In this document: in pieces, positions 9,132 through 19,524 of the stretch
Numbering within the stretch: the stretch's first letter is position 1
How the letters are laid out: the number at the start of each line of letters is the position of its first letter
NCBI GenBank assembly: GCA_001189095.1
Contig: LFCK01000001.1
Coordinates: 317,159-381,158, forward strand
Origin: Parcubacteria bacterium C7867-001
Lineage (GTDB): Bacteria > Patescibacteriota > Minisyncoccia > Phycocordibacterales > Phycocordibacteraceae
DNA length: 64,000 nt
Direction: 5' to 3'
Translations under genes and position numbers: made by a program
The notes under the pieces: model-generated
Told to the model about the DNA's origin: nothing
What the model saw: only the letters and a program-made list of their open reading frames with translations
The model's database searches: none

Positions 9132-10068
9132 CTCCTTTCGAACTCTAATGGAAAGCGAGACCCGCAAGCTCTGGATGCGGCGGGCTGGCATCGCACTCTT
9201 TGCGCTTTCGGGCGTTCTTCTGCTCGTCATGACCGTCGCAAATTTCTCCGGTCCGCACAAAACTCCCGTACAAGCAATTGTTCCTGAAGAAAAAACCTAC
9301 CCTGACACCTACACGGACGTGACGCTCTCAGCGCACGCTGCAGTTGTCTACGACCTAACGACCGGCGAAGTACTCTATTCAAAGAATGAAGTGGCACAGC
9401 TCCCGCTTGCCTCGCTCACCAAACTGCTCACAGTGTACGCCGCAGCAGACACCATGCTTCCTTCGGCGGAAGTTTCGATAAGCAAGGACGCCCTCGCCGC
9501 AGAAGGTGACAACGGCCTAACGGAGGGGGAGCGCTTCACCTTCGATGAACTCGCGCGCTTTGCACTCGTTGTCTCTTCGAACGACGCTGCGCAAGCAATC
9601 GCCGAGGCCTCGATGGCTCGCCGCTCAGTCTCACCAAACGCACTTCTCGCAAGCGCCGCGGAAGCCGCAGGACTTTCAGAAACGTATGCGCTCAACGGCA
9701 CCGGACTCGATGTGAATACAAATACCGCTGGCGCCTACGGCTCAGCAAAAGATGTCGCGCTCCTTGCCGGCAAGCTCCTTGAGAAAGCGCCACGCATCGC
9801 GCACGCGACTATCGAACCATCGATAAGCATCATCGACGCAAGCGGGAAGAAACTTGTTGCAAAGAATACAAATCCCGACGTGTCGCAGATCCCCGGCCTC
9901 CTGCTTTCAAAAACTGGCTACACGGACCTTGCAGGCGGCAACCTCGTCATTGTTTTTGATGCAGGAATCAATCATCCAATAGCGATTGCCGTCCTCGGCT
10001 CCACCCGCGACGCACGCTTCACGGACGTAGAGGCGCTTCTCAAGGCCACCCTTGAACGATTCATATGA
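9121..10068 (+). CDS. D-alanyl-D-alanine carboxypeptidase (peptidase S11)
   Basis: ASLTK (SxxK), SSND (SxN), KTG motifs; N-terminal TM. Confidence 0.9.
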   Translation: MMDNSFRTLMESETRKLWMRRAGIALFALSGVLLLVMTVANFSGPHKTPVQAIVPEEKTYPDTYTDVTLSAHAAVVYDLTTGEVLYSKNEVAQLPLASLTKLLTVYAAADTMLPSAEVSISKDALAAEGDNGLTEGERFTFDELARFALVVSSNDAAQAIAEASMARRSVSPNALLASAAEAAGLSETYALNGTGLDVNTNTAGAYGSAKDVALLAGKLLEKAPRIAHATIEPSISIIDASGKKLVAKNTNPDVSQIPGLLLSKTGYTDLAGGNLVIVFDAGINHPIAIAVLGSTRDARFTDVEALLKATLERFI

Positions 10069-11126
10069 TTTTCGATGCCGCTCGAGTCCTGATTCCATTC
10101 GTCCTTGCGTTCTGCATCGGCATCGCGCTTGCGCCGATGCTCGCGCACTATCTCTACACCTTCAAAGCGTGGAAGAAAAAAGGAGGGAAGGGGAAGGGCA
10201 TGGGCGACGACAACGGTACGCCTATTTTCGACTCGCTCCATAAAGAACGGGAAGTGAGCACGCCGCGTATGGGCGGCATCCTCGTGTGGACGGCAACACT
10301 CGTCACCGCACTCGGTTTGATGTTGCTCGGCGCTTTGTTCCCAACCCTGTTCGGTGTCCTCGATTTCGTGAACAGAAGCCAGACGTGGCTCCCACTTACG
10401 GCACTCATCGTGGGCGCGGCAGTGGGTCTCGTGGATGACATTCTCGAAGTCTCGCGCAGCAACGGAGGACTCTCGCTTCCGTGGCGCCTCGGCGCTGTCG
10501 CGCTCTTCGGCGCCTTTGCTGGTTGGTGGTTCTACGCGAAGCTCGGAGTCTCCTCAATAGGCATTCCGTTCTTTGGAGCGCTTCCGCTCGGTCCGTTTTT
10601 CATTGCGTTCTTCGTACTCGTGGTCATCGCCATCTACGCAAGCGGCGTCATCGACGGCATCGACGGCCTTGCCGGCGGCATCTTCGCCATCATTTTCATG
10701 GCATACGCAGGCATCGCCTTTGCGCAAAGCCAACTCGCACTCGCGGCGTTTGCTGCGGCGCTTTCCGGCGGCACCTTTGCATTCCTCTGGTTCAACGTCC
10801 CGCCAGCACGCTTCTATCTTTCAGAAACCGGCAGCATGGCGCTCACGCTCGCACTCGCCGTGGTCGCATTCTCCGCAGATACGCTCGGCGACGGCGTTGG
10901 CGTTTCGGTCCTTCCCATCATCGCGCTGCCGCTTACGGTGACCGTCGCGACAAACCTGCTTCAGGTCTTTTGGAAGAAAGTATTTAAAAAGAAGCTCTTC
11001 AAAGTTGCTCCCATTCATCATCACTTTGAGGCCATCGGCTGGCCGCCCTACAAGGTGACCATGCGCTACTGGATTATCACCATCATCGCAGGCGTCTTCG
11101 GCATCGCAATCGCGCTTCTTAAATAA
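10065..11126 (+). CDS. mraY: Phospho-N-acetylmuramoyl-pentapeptide transferase
   Basis: TPRMGG, GLVDD, DGIDGL, APIHHHFE. Confidence 0.95.
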   Translation: MIFDAARVLIPFVLAFCIGIALAPMLAHYLYTFKAWKKKGGKGKGMGDDNGTPIFDSLHKEREVSTPRMGGILVWTATLVTALGLMLLGALFPTLFGVLDFVNRSQTWLPLTALIVGAAVGLVDDILEVSRSNGGLSLPWRLGAVALFGAFAGWWFYAKLGVSSIGIPFFGALPLGPFFIAFFVLVVIAIYASGVIDGIDGLAGGIFAIIFMAYAGIAFAQSQLALAAFAAALSGGTFAFLWFNVPPARFYLSETGSMALTLALAVVAFSADTLGDGVGVSVLPIIALPLTVTVATNLLQVFWKKVFKKKLFKVAPIHHHFEAIGWPPYKVTMRYWIITIIAGVFGIAIALLK

Positions 11127-11170
11127 GAGAGTTGACGCCCTGTAGATAGGGGTGTATCTTTCTTCTTAGT

Positions 11171-11189
11171 TAGTGTAACGTATACACTA
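11171..11189. promoter_or_regulatory. Palindromic operator, NrtR-type (GT-N7-AC)
   Basis: TAGTGT-AACGTAT-ACACTA upstream of the SPFH gene; TTGACG at 11132. Confidence 0.6.
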
Positions 11190-11237
11190 GGTTCAGTTCT
11201 TTGAAACTGCACATACAACCGAAGAAAGGAAGTACTG

Positions 11238-12095
11238 ATGATTACCCTCATCCAACTCTTCAACAGCGCCGGTGCAGCCGGCCATGTGTTCCTTCTCAAG
11301 AAGGGCGTCGTGAAAGACCGCGGGCTCGCGTACAGCGGGTTCATCGGCTTCGACACGACCGTCGCCGTCGTACCGACCACGCCGCAAATCCTCAACTTCG
11401 CCATTGTGGCGCAGACCAAGGACAAGCAGCGGGTTACGGTCACTGGCAACATCACCGCCTCGCTCGTGCCGAGCGTCGCCGTGAAGAACTATGACTTCAC
11501 GGTCGACGTGCGGAACGGCGGCTACGAAGGCGAGTGGGAGAAGATCCTGCAAGCCCAAGTGGTCGAACGTGCGGTGCGCGCCGTGCACCAAAAGGTGCGT
11601 GAGCTCATCGTCGAAGAAGCTGCGCGCTCGCAGAAGGAAGTCGAAGACGCCATCATGGCGGAACTGGGCAGCGGCGTGTTCTCTCCGAACGGCGTCGTTA
11701 TCATCTCCTGCTCGATTCCGCGTATCGATCCCGACAACGAGGTCGCGAACGCCATCGGCGCGCAGGAGCGGCAACTGCTGCTTACCTCCGCCGACACGGC
11801 GCTCCACGACCGCCGCCTCAAAGCGGCAGGGAATGAGCGTACCGTCCGCGAGTTCGAGGCCGCAACGGCGCTCAAACTCGAGGTCGACCGTGCGAAGCTC
11901 ATCGAACAGGAAGGCACGAACAAGGCTGCTGAAGCCCAGTCCGATGCGAAAGCGACCGAGCTTCGGCTCGCGCCGCTCAAGGACATCGACGCGGGCAAGC
12001 TGCTCGGCGCCGCGCTCATCGAAGGCCTCAAGGAAGATCGTGTTGGAACAATCGTGTTCGGACCGGAACTCCTTGGCGCCCTCGGCCAGAAGTAG
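11238..12095 (+). CDS. SPFH/band 7 domain protein
   Basis: TKDKQRVTVTG, then helical coiled tail; characteristic SPFH subfamily paired with NAD-kinase-like genes. Confidence 0.8.
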   Translation: MITLIQLFNSAGAAGHVFLLKKGVVKDRGLAYSGFIGFDTTVAVVPTTPQILNFAIVAQTKDKQRVTVTGNITASLVPSVAVKNYDFTVDVRNGGYEGEWEKILQAQVVERAVRAVHQKVRELIVEEAARSQKEVEDAIMAELGSGVFSPNGVVIISCSIPRIDPDNEVANAIGAQERQLLLTSADTALHDRRLKAAGNERTVREFEAATALKLEVDRAKLIEQEGTNKAAEAQSDAKATELRLAPLKDIDAGKLLGAALIEGLKEDRVGTIVFGPELLGALGQK

Positions 12096-12104
12096 GAGGC
12101 CGCA

Positions 12105-13016
12105 ATGGACCGAGTCGTACTCGTTACGAAAGCGACACGGCTCGAAGAACTGATCGTGCAGCACCTCACGCATGGTGCTGCACGATTCAGCCTCGAGTCG
12201 CAAGGGCAGTCCATCGAGCCGTACGTGGCGGAAGACGCTGCGCATCGCTCAGCGATCGCTCACATTCGCAAGCAGATTCCAAACGATGTGCTGACGACTT
12301 CCGTCACACGCGAGAATCTCCCGAACTTCCTCTTCCGCGACAATGACCTCGTCATCGTCTGCGGTCCGGACGGACTTTTCGCGAATGTCGCGAAGTATCT
12401 CACCGACCAGCCCGTGCTTACGGTCAACCCTGACCCGAACACGGTGGCGGGCGTGCTGATGCTCTTCCATCCAAAAATGGTGGGGGAAATCATCGCAAAA
12501 GTCCGCGAAGGGAAGCACTGCGTCGAACGACTTCCGTTCGTTAAGGCAGCATTCGACGACGGACGGACGCTCTGGGGCATCAACGACATCTTCATTGGTC
12601 GTAAAGATCAAGTGTCGGCTCGCTATCGCGTCACCTATGGCTCGCAAGAGGAAAACCAATCCTCGAGCGGCATCATCGTCTCAACCGGCGTTGGTTCGAC
12701 GGGATGGATACGTTCGATACAAGCGATGGTCGCAGGTCTCAATCGCGACGGGGGAGGCAGCAAGATTTTGCCTCCAAGCCCTGCGAGCAACCGGCTGCTC
12801 TTCGTCGTTCGGGAACCTTTCCCGTCGCCGACGACCGGCACGAGCATCGTTACAGGTGCCGTACTACCAAACGCACCGCTCCTTGTAACCTCTCAGATGC
12901 CAGAAGGAGGATTTCTGTTCTCCGATGGCATCATCGAGCGCGCAGAGGAGTGGGGCGCCGGCAGCACCGTTACGGTGAGCGTCGGCGACCGGTTCGTATC
13001 GCGCATCATTTCCTGA
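12105..13016 (+). CDS. NAD kinase-like protein
   Basis: VCGPDG, VNPDP, NDIFIG, SSGIIVSTGVGSTGW, FVVREPF, FSDG. Confidence 0.8.
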   Translation: MDRVVLVTKATRLEELIVQHLTHGAARFSLESQGQSIEPYVAEDAAHRSAIAHIRKQIPNDVLTTSVTRENLPNFLFRDNDLVIVCGPDGLFANVAKYLTDQPVLTVNPDPNTVAGVLMLFHPKMVGEIIAKVREGKHCVERLPFVKAAFDDGRTLWGINDIFIGRKDQVSARYRVTYGSQEENQSSSGIIVSTGVGSTGWIRSIQAMVAGLNRDGGGSKILPPSPASNRLLFVVREPFPSPTTGTSIVTGAVLPNAPLLVTSQMPEGGFLFSDGIIERAEEWGAGSTVTVSVGDRFVSRIIS

Positions 13017-13017
13017 C

Positions 13018-13049
13018 ACAGGGGGCCTTTGGCCCCCTGTTTTCTTTTT
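13018..13049 (+). terminator. Intrinsic terminator
   Basis: ACAGGGGGCC-TTT-GGCCCCCTGT followed by T tract. Confidence 0.75.
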
Positions 13050-13080
13050 GCGAAGACGCGGTGCGCTATAGTAGAAAGAT

Positions 13081-14190
13081 ATGCGTCGTTCTTCTCTTTC
13101 GGGTGACCGTCTATTCGCGCTCATCGTCGGCATCCTCGTCTTCGGCGGTATCGCGATGTTCCTCTCGGCATCGCTCGGACTTCTCGCGCGCGTGAACGGC
13201 TCGCCATGGCATATCGCACTCACGCAGCTCGCACTCGGACTCATTCCGGGACTGATAGCACTCGCGACCATTCGATTCATGCCGCCAGTATGGGTCCAGC
13301 GTCTCGTTCTTCCATTTTTTATAGCGTCGCTTTTGCTCACGCTCGCCGTTTTCATTCCGGGAGTAAGTCATACGGCAAACGGCGCTACGCGCTGGATCGA
13401 TCTTGGCTTCGTAACCGTCCAACCAGCGGAATTCCTTAAAGTCGGCACCATTCTCATGCTTTCTGCGTATCTCGCGAGTATGAAAGGGAAGCTCAAAGAT
13501 CCCCGCTACGGGCTCCTTGGCTTTGGGGTCATTGTTGGCATCCCCGCACTCCTCCTTTTGCTCCAACCAAACACTTCGACCGTCCTTATCATTGGAGCGA
13601 CATCGGTGGCGCTTTACTTCATCGCCGGTGCGCCTCTGCGCGACTTCGCCATCATCTTCCTCATAGCCATAGTCGGATTAAGCGCTCTCGTCGCGGCGCG
13701 ACCGTACCTCATGCAGCGCGTCCAGACATTTATTAATCCTTCCGAGAATGCACTGACCTCGGGATACCAGATTCAGCAATCACTCATCGCCATCGGTTCC
13801 GGAGGATTCATCGGGCGCGGGTTCGGGCAGAGCGCACAAAAATTCAACTATCTTCCAGAGCCGGTGGGGGATTCGGTGTTTGCCGTCTTAGGAGAAGAGT
13901 TTGGTCTCGTTGGCACCATATTCATCGTGCTTCTCTTTACGGCATTTGCCGCGCGAGGCCTCATGATAGCGAGTGAGTCCGCGAGTGCCTTTGGTTCGTT
14001 AGCGGCTACTGGTCTCACCCTCATCATCACCCTTTCAGCATTCCTCAACATCGGCGCCATGCTCGGCGTCCTGCCGCTCACGGGCCTTCCGCTTCCATTT
14101 GTTTCTCACGGCGGAACGGCGCTTCTCGTCGCCCTTGCATCAGTTGGTCTCATCTTGAACATCGCCGCCCATCGAACCAAGAGAGCCTAA
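13081..14190 (+). CDS. ftsW: SEDS peptidoglycan glycosyltransferase FtsW
   Basis: NGATRWI, QPAEFLK, LPEPVGDSVF, TGLPLPFVSHGG; adjacent to murG. Confidence 0.92.
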   Translation: MRRSSLSGDRLFALIVGILVFGGIAMFLSASLGLLARVNGSPWHIALTQLALGLIPGLIALATIRFMPPVWVQRLVLPFFIASLLLTLAVFIPGVSHTANGATRWIDLGFVTVQPAEFLKVGTILMLSAYLASMKGKLKDPRYGLLGFGVIVGIPALLLLLQPNTSTVLIIGATSVALYFIAGAPLRDFAIIFLIAIVGLSALVAARPYLMQRVQTFINPSENALTSGYQIQQSLIAIGSGGFIGRGFGQSAQKFNYLPEPVGDSVFAVLGEEFGLVGTIFIVLLFTAFAARGLMIASESASAFGSLAATGLTLIITLSAFLNIGAMLGVLPLTGLPLPFVSHGGTALLVALASVGLILNIAAHRTKRA

Positions 14191-14218
14191 TCGTGTTATA
14201 ATATCGAGCATCTAGGCT

Positions 14219-15358
14219 ATGAAAATCGTACTTGCGGGAAGCGGCACAGGCGGACATTTCTATCCGCTTATCGCCATAGCTGAGGCCGTCCACGACCTCG
14301 CGCGCGAGCAGCGTCTCATTGCGCCGCAGCTCATCCATATGGCGCCGAAAGCTTTTGACGAAGAGGCACTTTTTGAGAACCAAATCTCCTTCGTCTCGAT
14401 TCCGGCAGGGAAGATGCGCCGATATTTTTCGCTCCAGAACGTTTCGGACCTCTTTGTCACCTTCATCGGATTCCTTATGGCGCTGGTGAATCTTTTGCGT
14501 CTCTATCCGGACGTCGTCGTGAGCAAGGGCGGCTACACGAGCGTGCCCGTCGTTGCTGCCGCACATCTCCTTGGCATTCCCGTCATCATCCACGAGTCGG
14601 ATGTGAAAGCTGGCCGCGCAAATCTTTTCGCTGCGCCATTCGCGCAGCGTATCGCCATAACCTTCGATGAGACCGCGAGTTCCTTTCCCGCAAAGCTTCG
14701 CTCGCGCATCGCACGCACCGGCATCCCTATTCGTAAAGCGATAGCGCACCCAGAAACGGAAGGTGCTCGCGAAGAGCTCGGGCTTGATACATCCGTGCCG
14801 ACCGTCCTTATCCTCGGCGGCTCCTCAGGCGCTAAACGCATCAACGACATGATCGTCGAGACACTTCCTGAGCTCACGCAAGTTGCCAACATCATCCATC
14901 AGACCGGCAAGGATAACTTTGCCGAAGTTGGAACCATGTCGAAGCTCACGCTTGAAAAGAGCACCTCTCCTTCGCGGTACTACCCATTTCCATTCCTCAA
15001 CACACTCTCGATGCGCCGTTCCGCTGGCGCTGCGGACCTCGTTATCTCCCGCGCAGGAACCACCACCATCGCCGAAATCGCGCTCTGGAGGAAACCATCC
15101 ATCATCATCCCCATTCCGGAAACCATAAGTCACGACCAACGAACGAACGCGTACGCCTATGCCCACACTGGCGCTGCTATCGTACTCGAGGAAGGGAATC
15201 TCACCCCGCACCTCTTCGTATCTGAAGTGAAGCGTCTTCTCGGCGATCGCGCGCTCCTTGCCTCAATGGCAGACAAGAGCGCCTCCTTCGGTGGAGCTGA
15301 CGCCGCGCGCATCATCGCTCAAGAAGCACTCACCATCTGTCTTTCGCATGAAAAATAA
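14219..15358 (+). CDS. murG: Undecaprenyl-PP-MurNAc-pentapeptide GlcNAc transferase
   Basis: GTGGHFYP, KGGYTS, HESD, GGSSGA, SRAG. Confidence 0.95.
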   Translation: MKIVLAGSGTGGHFYPLIAIAEAVHDLAREQRLIAPQLIHMAPKAFDEEALFENQISFVSIPAGKMRRYFSLQNVSDLFVTFIGFLMALVNLLRLYPDVVVSKGGYTSVPVVAAAHLLGIPVIIHESDVKAGRANLFAAPFAQRIAITFDETASSFPAKLRSRIARTGIPIRKAIAHPETEGAREELGLDTSVPTVLILGGSSGAKRINDMIVETLPELTQVANIIHQTGKDNFAEVGTMSKLTLEKSTSPSRYYPFPFLNTLSMRRSAGAADLVISRAGTTTIAEIALWRKPSIIIPIPETISHDQRTNAYAYAHTGAAIVLEEGNLTPHLFVSEVKRLLGDRALLASMADKSASFGGADAARIIAQEALTICLSHEK

Positions 15359-16661
15359 CGTCGTCACTCGCATACCGCCATCTCCGACGGGCCACCTTCA
15401 TATCGGCACGGCGCGCACGGCGCTTTTCAACTATCTCTATGCACGCCATCACGGCGGACAGTTCATCGTGCGCAGTGAAGATACCGACCGTGCACGAAGC
15501 AAAGACGAGTTCGAGAAAGAGATCCGCGAAGGGCTCGAATGGCTCGGCATAACCAACGACGGCTACACGCGCCAGAGCGAGAACCTCGAACGCCATAAGG
15601 AAGTCTTGCAGAAGCTCGTGAAGGAAGACAAGGCGTACATCTCGAAGGAGCCGAAGAAAGATTCGCCGGAAGAAACGGTCGAGGTCGTTCGTTTGCGCAA
15701 TGAGGGAAGAAGCATCACGTTCATGGATGAAATCCGTGGCAACGTGACTTTCGATACGACCGAGCTCGGAGACTTTGTTATTGCACGCGCCATCGACGAT
15801 CCGCTTTATCATCTTGCGGTAGTTGTGGATGACTTCGATGCAGGCGTAACCCATGTCATTCGCGGCGAGGACCACATCTCGAACACGCCGCGCCAAATCC
15901 TCATTCAGGAAGCCATCGGTGCGCCGAGACCTTTTTACGCGCACCTTCCACTCATCCTCGCGCCGGACCGCTCGAAATTAAGTAAGCGTCATGGCGCCGT
16001 TGGTGTGTATGAGTATCGCGATGCTGGCTATATGCCGGAAGCCATCGTGAACTTCCTCGCACTCCTTGGCTGGAGTCCGAAAAGCGACCGCGAGGACTTC
16101 TCGCTCGAAGAACTCGTTGAAGCGTTCGACCTTTCACACGTCCACAAACATGGCGCTATATTCGATACGGACAAATTCAAATCCGTGAATCAACGCTGGA
16201 TGCGTAAGCTTTCTTCTGAAGAATTTATCGCTCGGGGAAATCTCTCTGCACCAAATGCGGAACTGCTCATGGCGGCCGTGCCACTCCTCCAAGAGCGCGC
16301 GCAGACCTTCGGTGAAGCCCGCGAGATGCTCGAAGGGGAGTTGTCCTTCCTCTTTGGGGAACCCGTTCTCGATACCGCTGTACTCACTCAAAAGGAAGGG
16401 GAGGGGGGCGCCACCGCTCGTTATCTCACCGAGATCATTGCGATGCTTCATGAATTTCCGAAAGAAGTGACCGCCGAATCCGTCAAAGAGAAGGTGATGC
16501 TCTACGCTGACAAGGAGGGGAGAGGAGCCGTCCTGTGGCCGCTACGCTATGCCCTCACTGGCAAGGAGCGCTCCCCTGACCCTTTCACCGTAATCTCGCT
16601 GCTTAGCCCCTCTACAGCCGCTTCACGGCTCGAAGCCGCGCTTGCTATACTCAAGGAATGA
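15348..16661 (+). CDS. gltX: Glutamate--tRNA ligase
   Basis: PSPTGHLHIG, RSEDTD, RGEDH, KLSKR. Confidence 0.96.
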   Translation: MKNNVVTRIPPSPTGHLHIGTARTALFNYLYARHHGGQFIVRSEDTDRARSKDEFEKEIREGLEWLGITNDGYTRQSENLERHKEVLQKLVKEDKAYISKEPKKDSPEETVEVVRLRNEGRSITFMDEIRGNVTFDTTELGDFVIARAIDDPLYHLAVVVDDFDAGVTHVIRGEDHISNTPRQILIQEAIGAPRPFYAHLPLILAPDRSKLSKRHGAVGVYEYRDAGYMPEAIVNFLALLGWSPKSDREDFSLEELVEAFDLSHVHKHGAIFDTDKFKSVNQRWMRKLSSEEFIARGNLSAPNAELLMAAVPLLQERAQTFGEAREMLEGELSFLFGEPVLDTAVLTQKEGEGGATARYLTEIIAMLHEFPKEVTAESVKEKVMLYADKEGRGAVLWPLRYALTGKERSPDPFTVISLLSPSTAASRLEAALAILKE

Positions 16662-18019
16662 CGTGCGTACGCTCTTTCAGCTTTGGCTTTCTCCTCGCTC
16701 TTCTCGTCGTTTTTTGCGCTACCGTTCTCCTTCCCGCGCATCCCGCCTACGCTGACACCGTCAGCGAGCTTCAGGCGCAGATAGCCGAACATAACAAGCA
16801 GATTCAGGCGATACAGGCTGATATCGCTGCGTATCAAAAGCAGCTCGATACGCTCGGTTCTCAAAAACAAACGCTCCAGTCCACGATCAAAACCATCGAC
16901 GTCTCGCGCTCGCAGACCGCGGCGCAGATATCCGCGACCAAAAAGAAAATAAATGCCTCTAACATCAAACTGCGTGAACTCGCACTTGAGATAGATGCGA
17001 AGCAACAGGAAATAAACGTTGACCAAGAAACACTCGCGCGCTCCATACGCGAAATAGCGCACACGGAAGAAAACACCATGGTCGAGGAGCTCTTCGGCGC
17101 CGAAAGTCTCGGCGATGCATGGGTCGCCGTCGACCGACAGACCGCACTTAATGGCGCGTTGCGCGAGCACGCCGCGCTTCTTGCAAGCGCAAAAATCCAG
17201 CTCTCGACGCAGCACACGAGCGTCAGTAGCACGAAGACGGACCTCACAAGCCTCAACTCGAACCTCACGACCCAGAAACAGGCGCTTGATGCTAATCGAC
17301 AAGCAAAAGATGCGCTCCTCACGCAAACGAAGAGCAAGGAAAGCGAATACCAGTCGCTCATCGCCAAAAAGAAAGCTCAGGCTAAAGTCTTCGAAGACCA
17401 ACTCTCCCAGCTTCAGAGCCAGCTCACCTCGGTCAACTCTTCGAGTATTCCGAAAACGGGTTCCGGCATTCTCGCGTGGCCCTTCGCTTCTTCGCTCATG
17501 CAAAGCTGCGCGTCGCGCAACAGCATCTTCGGCAACGCGTTCTGTGTGACGCAATATTTTGGTAACACTGCGTTTGCTGCAGCCGGCGCCTACAAAGGCG
17601 CTGGACATAACGGCATCGATGTTGGTATTCCGGTCGGGACCCCAATTCAGGCTTCGCTCTCGGGAACCATAATGGGCACCGGCAATACTGATCTTGTCTC
17701 TGGCTGCTACTCATTCGGCAAATGGGTCGCCATAAAACACGCCAACGGCCTTGCGACCGTCTACGCCCATCTTTCCTCGATTAAAGTCTCAACCGGACAG
17801 ACCGTGAGCACCGGTGACGTCATTGGGTTCTCCGGCATGACTGGTTACGCAACCGGCCCACACCTCCACTACGGCGTATACGCCGTCGGTACTCCCGAGG
17901 CGCCGGGTATTCAAATAATGACCCTGAGCAGCTTTAAGGGCACTCGCACCGCCTGCGCAAACGCAACCATGCCCGTCGCACCGACCAACGCCTACCTCAA
18001 CCCGATCTCGTATCTCTAG
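16658..18019 (+). CDS. Secreted coiled-coil M23 peptidase (murein hydrolase)
   Basis: Signal peptide, long coiled coil, HNGID, YAHL, TGPHLH. Confidence 0.9.
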   Translation: MTCVRSFSFGFLLALLVVFCATVLLPAHPAYADTVSELQAQIAEHNKQIQAIQADIAAYQKQLDTLGSQKQTLQSTIKTIDVSRSQTAAQISATKKKINASNIKLRELALEIDAKQQEINVDQETLARSIREIAHTEENTMVEELFGAESLGDAWVAVDRQTALNGALREHAALLASAKIQLSTQHTSVSSTKTDLTSLNSNLTTQKQALDANRQAKDALLTQTKSKESEYQSLIAKKKAQAKVFEDQLSQLQSQLTSVNSSSIPKTGSGILAWPFASSLMQSCASRNSIFGNAFCVTQYFGNTAFAAAGAYKGAGHNGIDVGIPVGTPIQASLSGTIMGTGNTDLVSGCYSFGKWVAIKHANGLATVYAHLSSIKVSTGQTVSTGDVIGFSGMTGYATGPHLHYGVYAVGTPEAPGIQIMTLSSFKGTRTACANATMPVAPTNAYLNPISYL

Positions 18020-18073
18020 CCGCCACAGAGATTCTGTGGCATTGTTTTTGCAGAAAACCAGAGGAGGCTTTTG

Positions 18074-18544
18074 ATGAACCAAGCAGACGAAATGCTCGTA
18101 CGACTCGAGCAGGCGTTTCCGGAGGCAATCGTGACAATCGACGAACCGGACAATCCGGACGGCGATCACTTCATCGATGTGAAGCTAAAAGGAAAGCTTC
18201 ACACGTTTGAATGGTCGAACAAGCGCGGTTTCGGTTTTTGGAATCCCATACCGGAACCGGTCTATGGCCAAGAGCCAGCATTCTTTATCAAGGACCCTGA
18301 CGCAGCGTTTGAAAAAATGAAGCTCTATGTCGAAGCTTCTGATTCACTGACTCCTGAACGATTCGAGATCCTGCAGATCGGGATTGGGTGGATTGCTGGA
18401 GAAAAGGTCGCGAGAGACGCCGACATGAAAGGCACCGTCGAAATCTCGATTGAGGACGACGTCCTCAATTTCAGGGAAAAAGGACCGCCTCCATGGACGC
18501 TTTCATTCACGCCGCAGTTCTGGCGAATGAAGGTTCCGAACTGA
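18074..18544 (+). CDS. Hypothetical protein
   Basis: ORF with GAGGAGG SD, followed by hairpin 18549-18579. Confidence 0.65.
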   Translation: MNQADEMLVRLEQAFPEAIVTIDEPDNPDGDHFIDVKLKGKLHTFEWSNKRGFGFWNPIPEPVYGQEPAFFIKDPDAAFEKMKLYVEASDSLTPERFEILQIGIGWIAGEKVARDADMKGTVEISIEDDVLNFREKGPPPWTLSFTPQFWRMKVPN

Positions 18545-18583
18545 ACAAACACATCCGATTGCTATCGCAATCGGATGTTCTTT

Positions 18584-19228
18584 TTACATATCACGTGTCT
18601 TCCAAAGAATTCTCGATGCGAGCGTACGGTGCGGCGACCAACGCTCCGCTATTTTTTCATACACATGTAATGCTGAGTTTGGCTTGATACCGTACAAGGT
18701 TTCCATCGCGCGAATGAGGCCTAAGTCGCGTGCGGAAAAAATATCCGGATGCTCAAGCGCAAACATGAGGAACATCTCCGTGGTCCACGGACCAATGCCC
18801 CAAACCTGCGTAAGAATTTCCGTCGCCTCTTCTTTTGTTTTGGTGCGAAGGGAAGTGAGCTTCAGTTCCCGCTTCATCGCCTTTGCAAGCTCTTTCAGCG
18901 TTTTTGCTTTTGCTGCGGAGAGTCCTGCCTTTCGCATTTGAAGAAGCGAAGTCTTTTGAACGGTGTCCGGCGTCACGCGTCCACCGCAGGCCTTCTTCAA
19001 TCGTTCCCAAATGGTGTCCGCTGCTTTTACGGAAAGCTGCTGGCTCACGACCGACTCGCACAGCGTAGAAAATAGCCTTATTTCTCCACGTATCTCGTCT
19101 CGGCGAGCTAGAAGAGAGGGAAGTACCTTCTTCCCTGCGGCATGCAAAATCGGATCTGCCTTCTTGAAATGCTTGAAAGCCTCTTCGTGCACAGGCTTTG
19201 TTTTTGGCTTTGTCGCTCGCTTCGTCAT
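18584..19228 (-). CDS. DNA-3-methyladenine glycosylase II (AlkA/HhH-GPD family)
   Basis: VSQQLS, GLSAAKA, GIGPWTTEMFLMF, DLG, WSPHR. Confidence 0.9.
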   Translation of the reverse strand: MTKRATKPKTKPVHEEAFKHFKKADPILHAAGKKVLPSLLARRDEIRGEIRLFSTLCESVVSQQLSVKAADTIWERLKKACGGRVTPDTVQKTSLLQMRKAGLSAAKAKTLKELAKAMKRELKLTSLRTKTKEEATEILTQVWGIGPWTTEMFLMFALEHPDIFSARDLGLIRAMETLYGIKPNSALHVYEKIAERWSPHRTLASRILWKTRDM

Positions 19229-19296
19229 ACAAGCCACTCTACCTCACGTTTATACCCATCCGAAAGCCCTAAATTAGCCCGTAGCGCCGTATACTT

Positions 19297-19524
19297 ATGG
19301 ATATGATAAAGATGGTCATTTGGGTCGTTATCGGACTTCTCGCGCTCTCATTCTTTGGCATTTCGCTCCGCGCTTTGTACGAGTCTCCAACCAATCAGGA
19401 CAACCTTTCATTCATTATTACGCTCACCGACCAAGGCTGGGACCACATCAGCGGATTCTTTGAGAATATGCCGGACTTCTTCAAGGATATAAGCCATTTA
19501 AACGTGCCGACCTATGGGAAATGA
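19297..19524 (+). CDS. Small membrane protein, hypothetical
   Basis: N-terminal TM; ALSFFGISLR..ESPT.QDN pattern. Confidence 0.65.
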   Translation: MDMIKMVIWVVIGLLALSFFGISLRALYESPTNQDNLSFIITLTDQGWDHISGFFENMPDFFKDISHLNVPTYGK

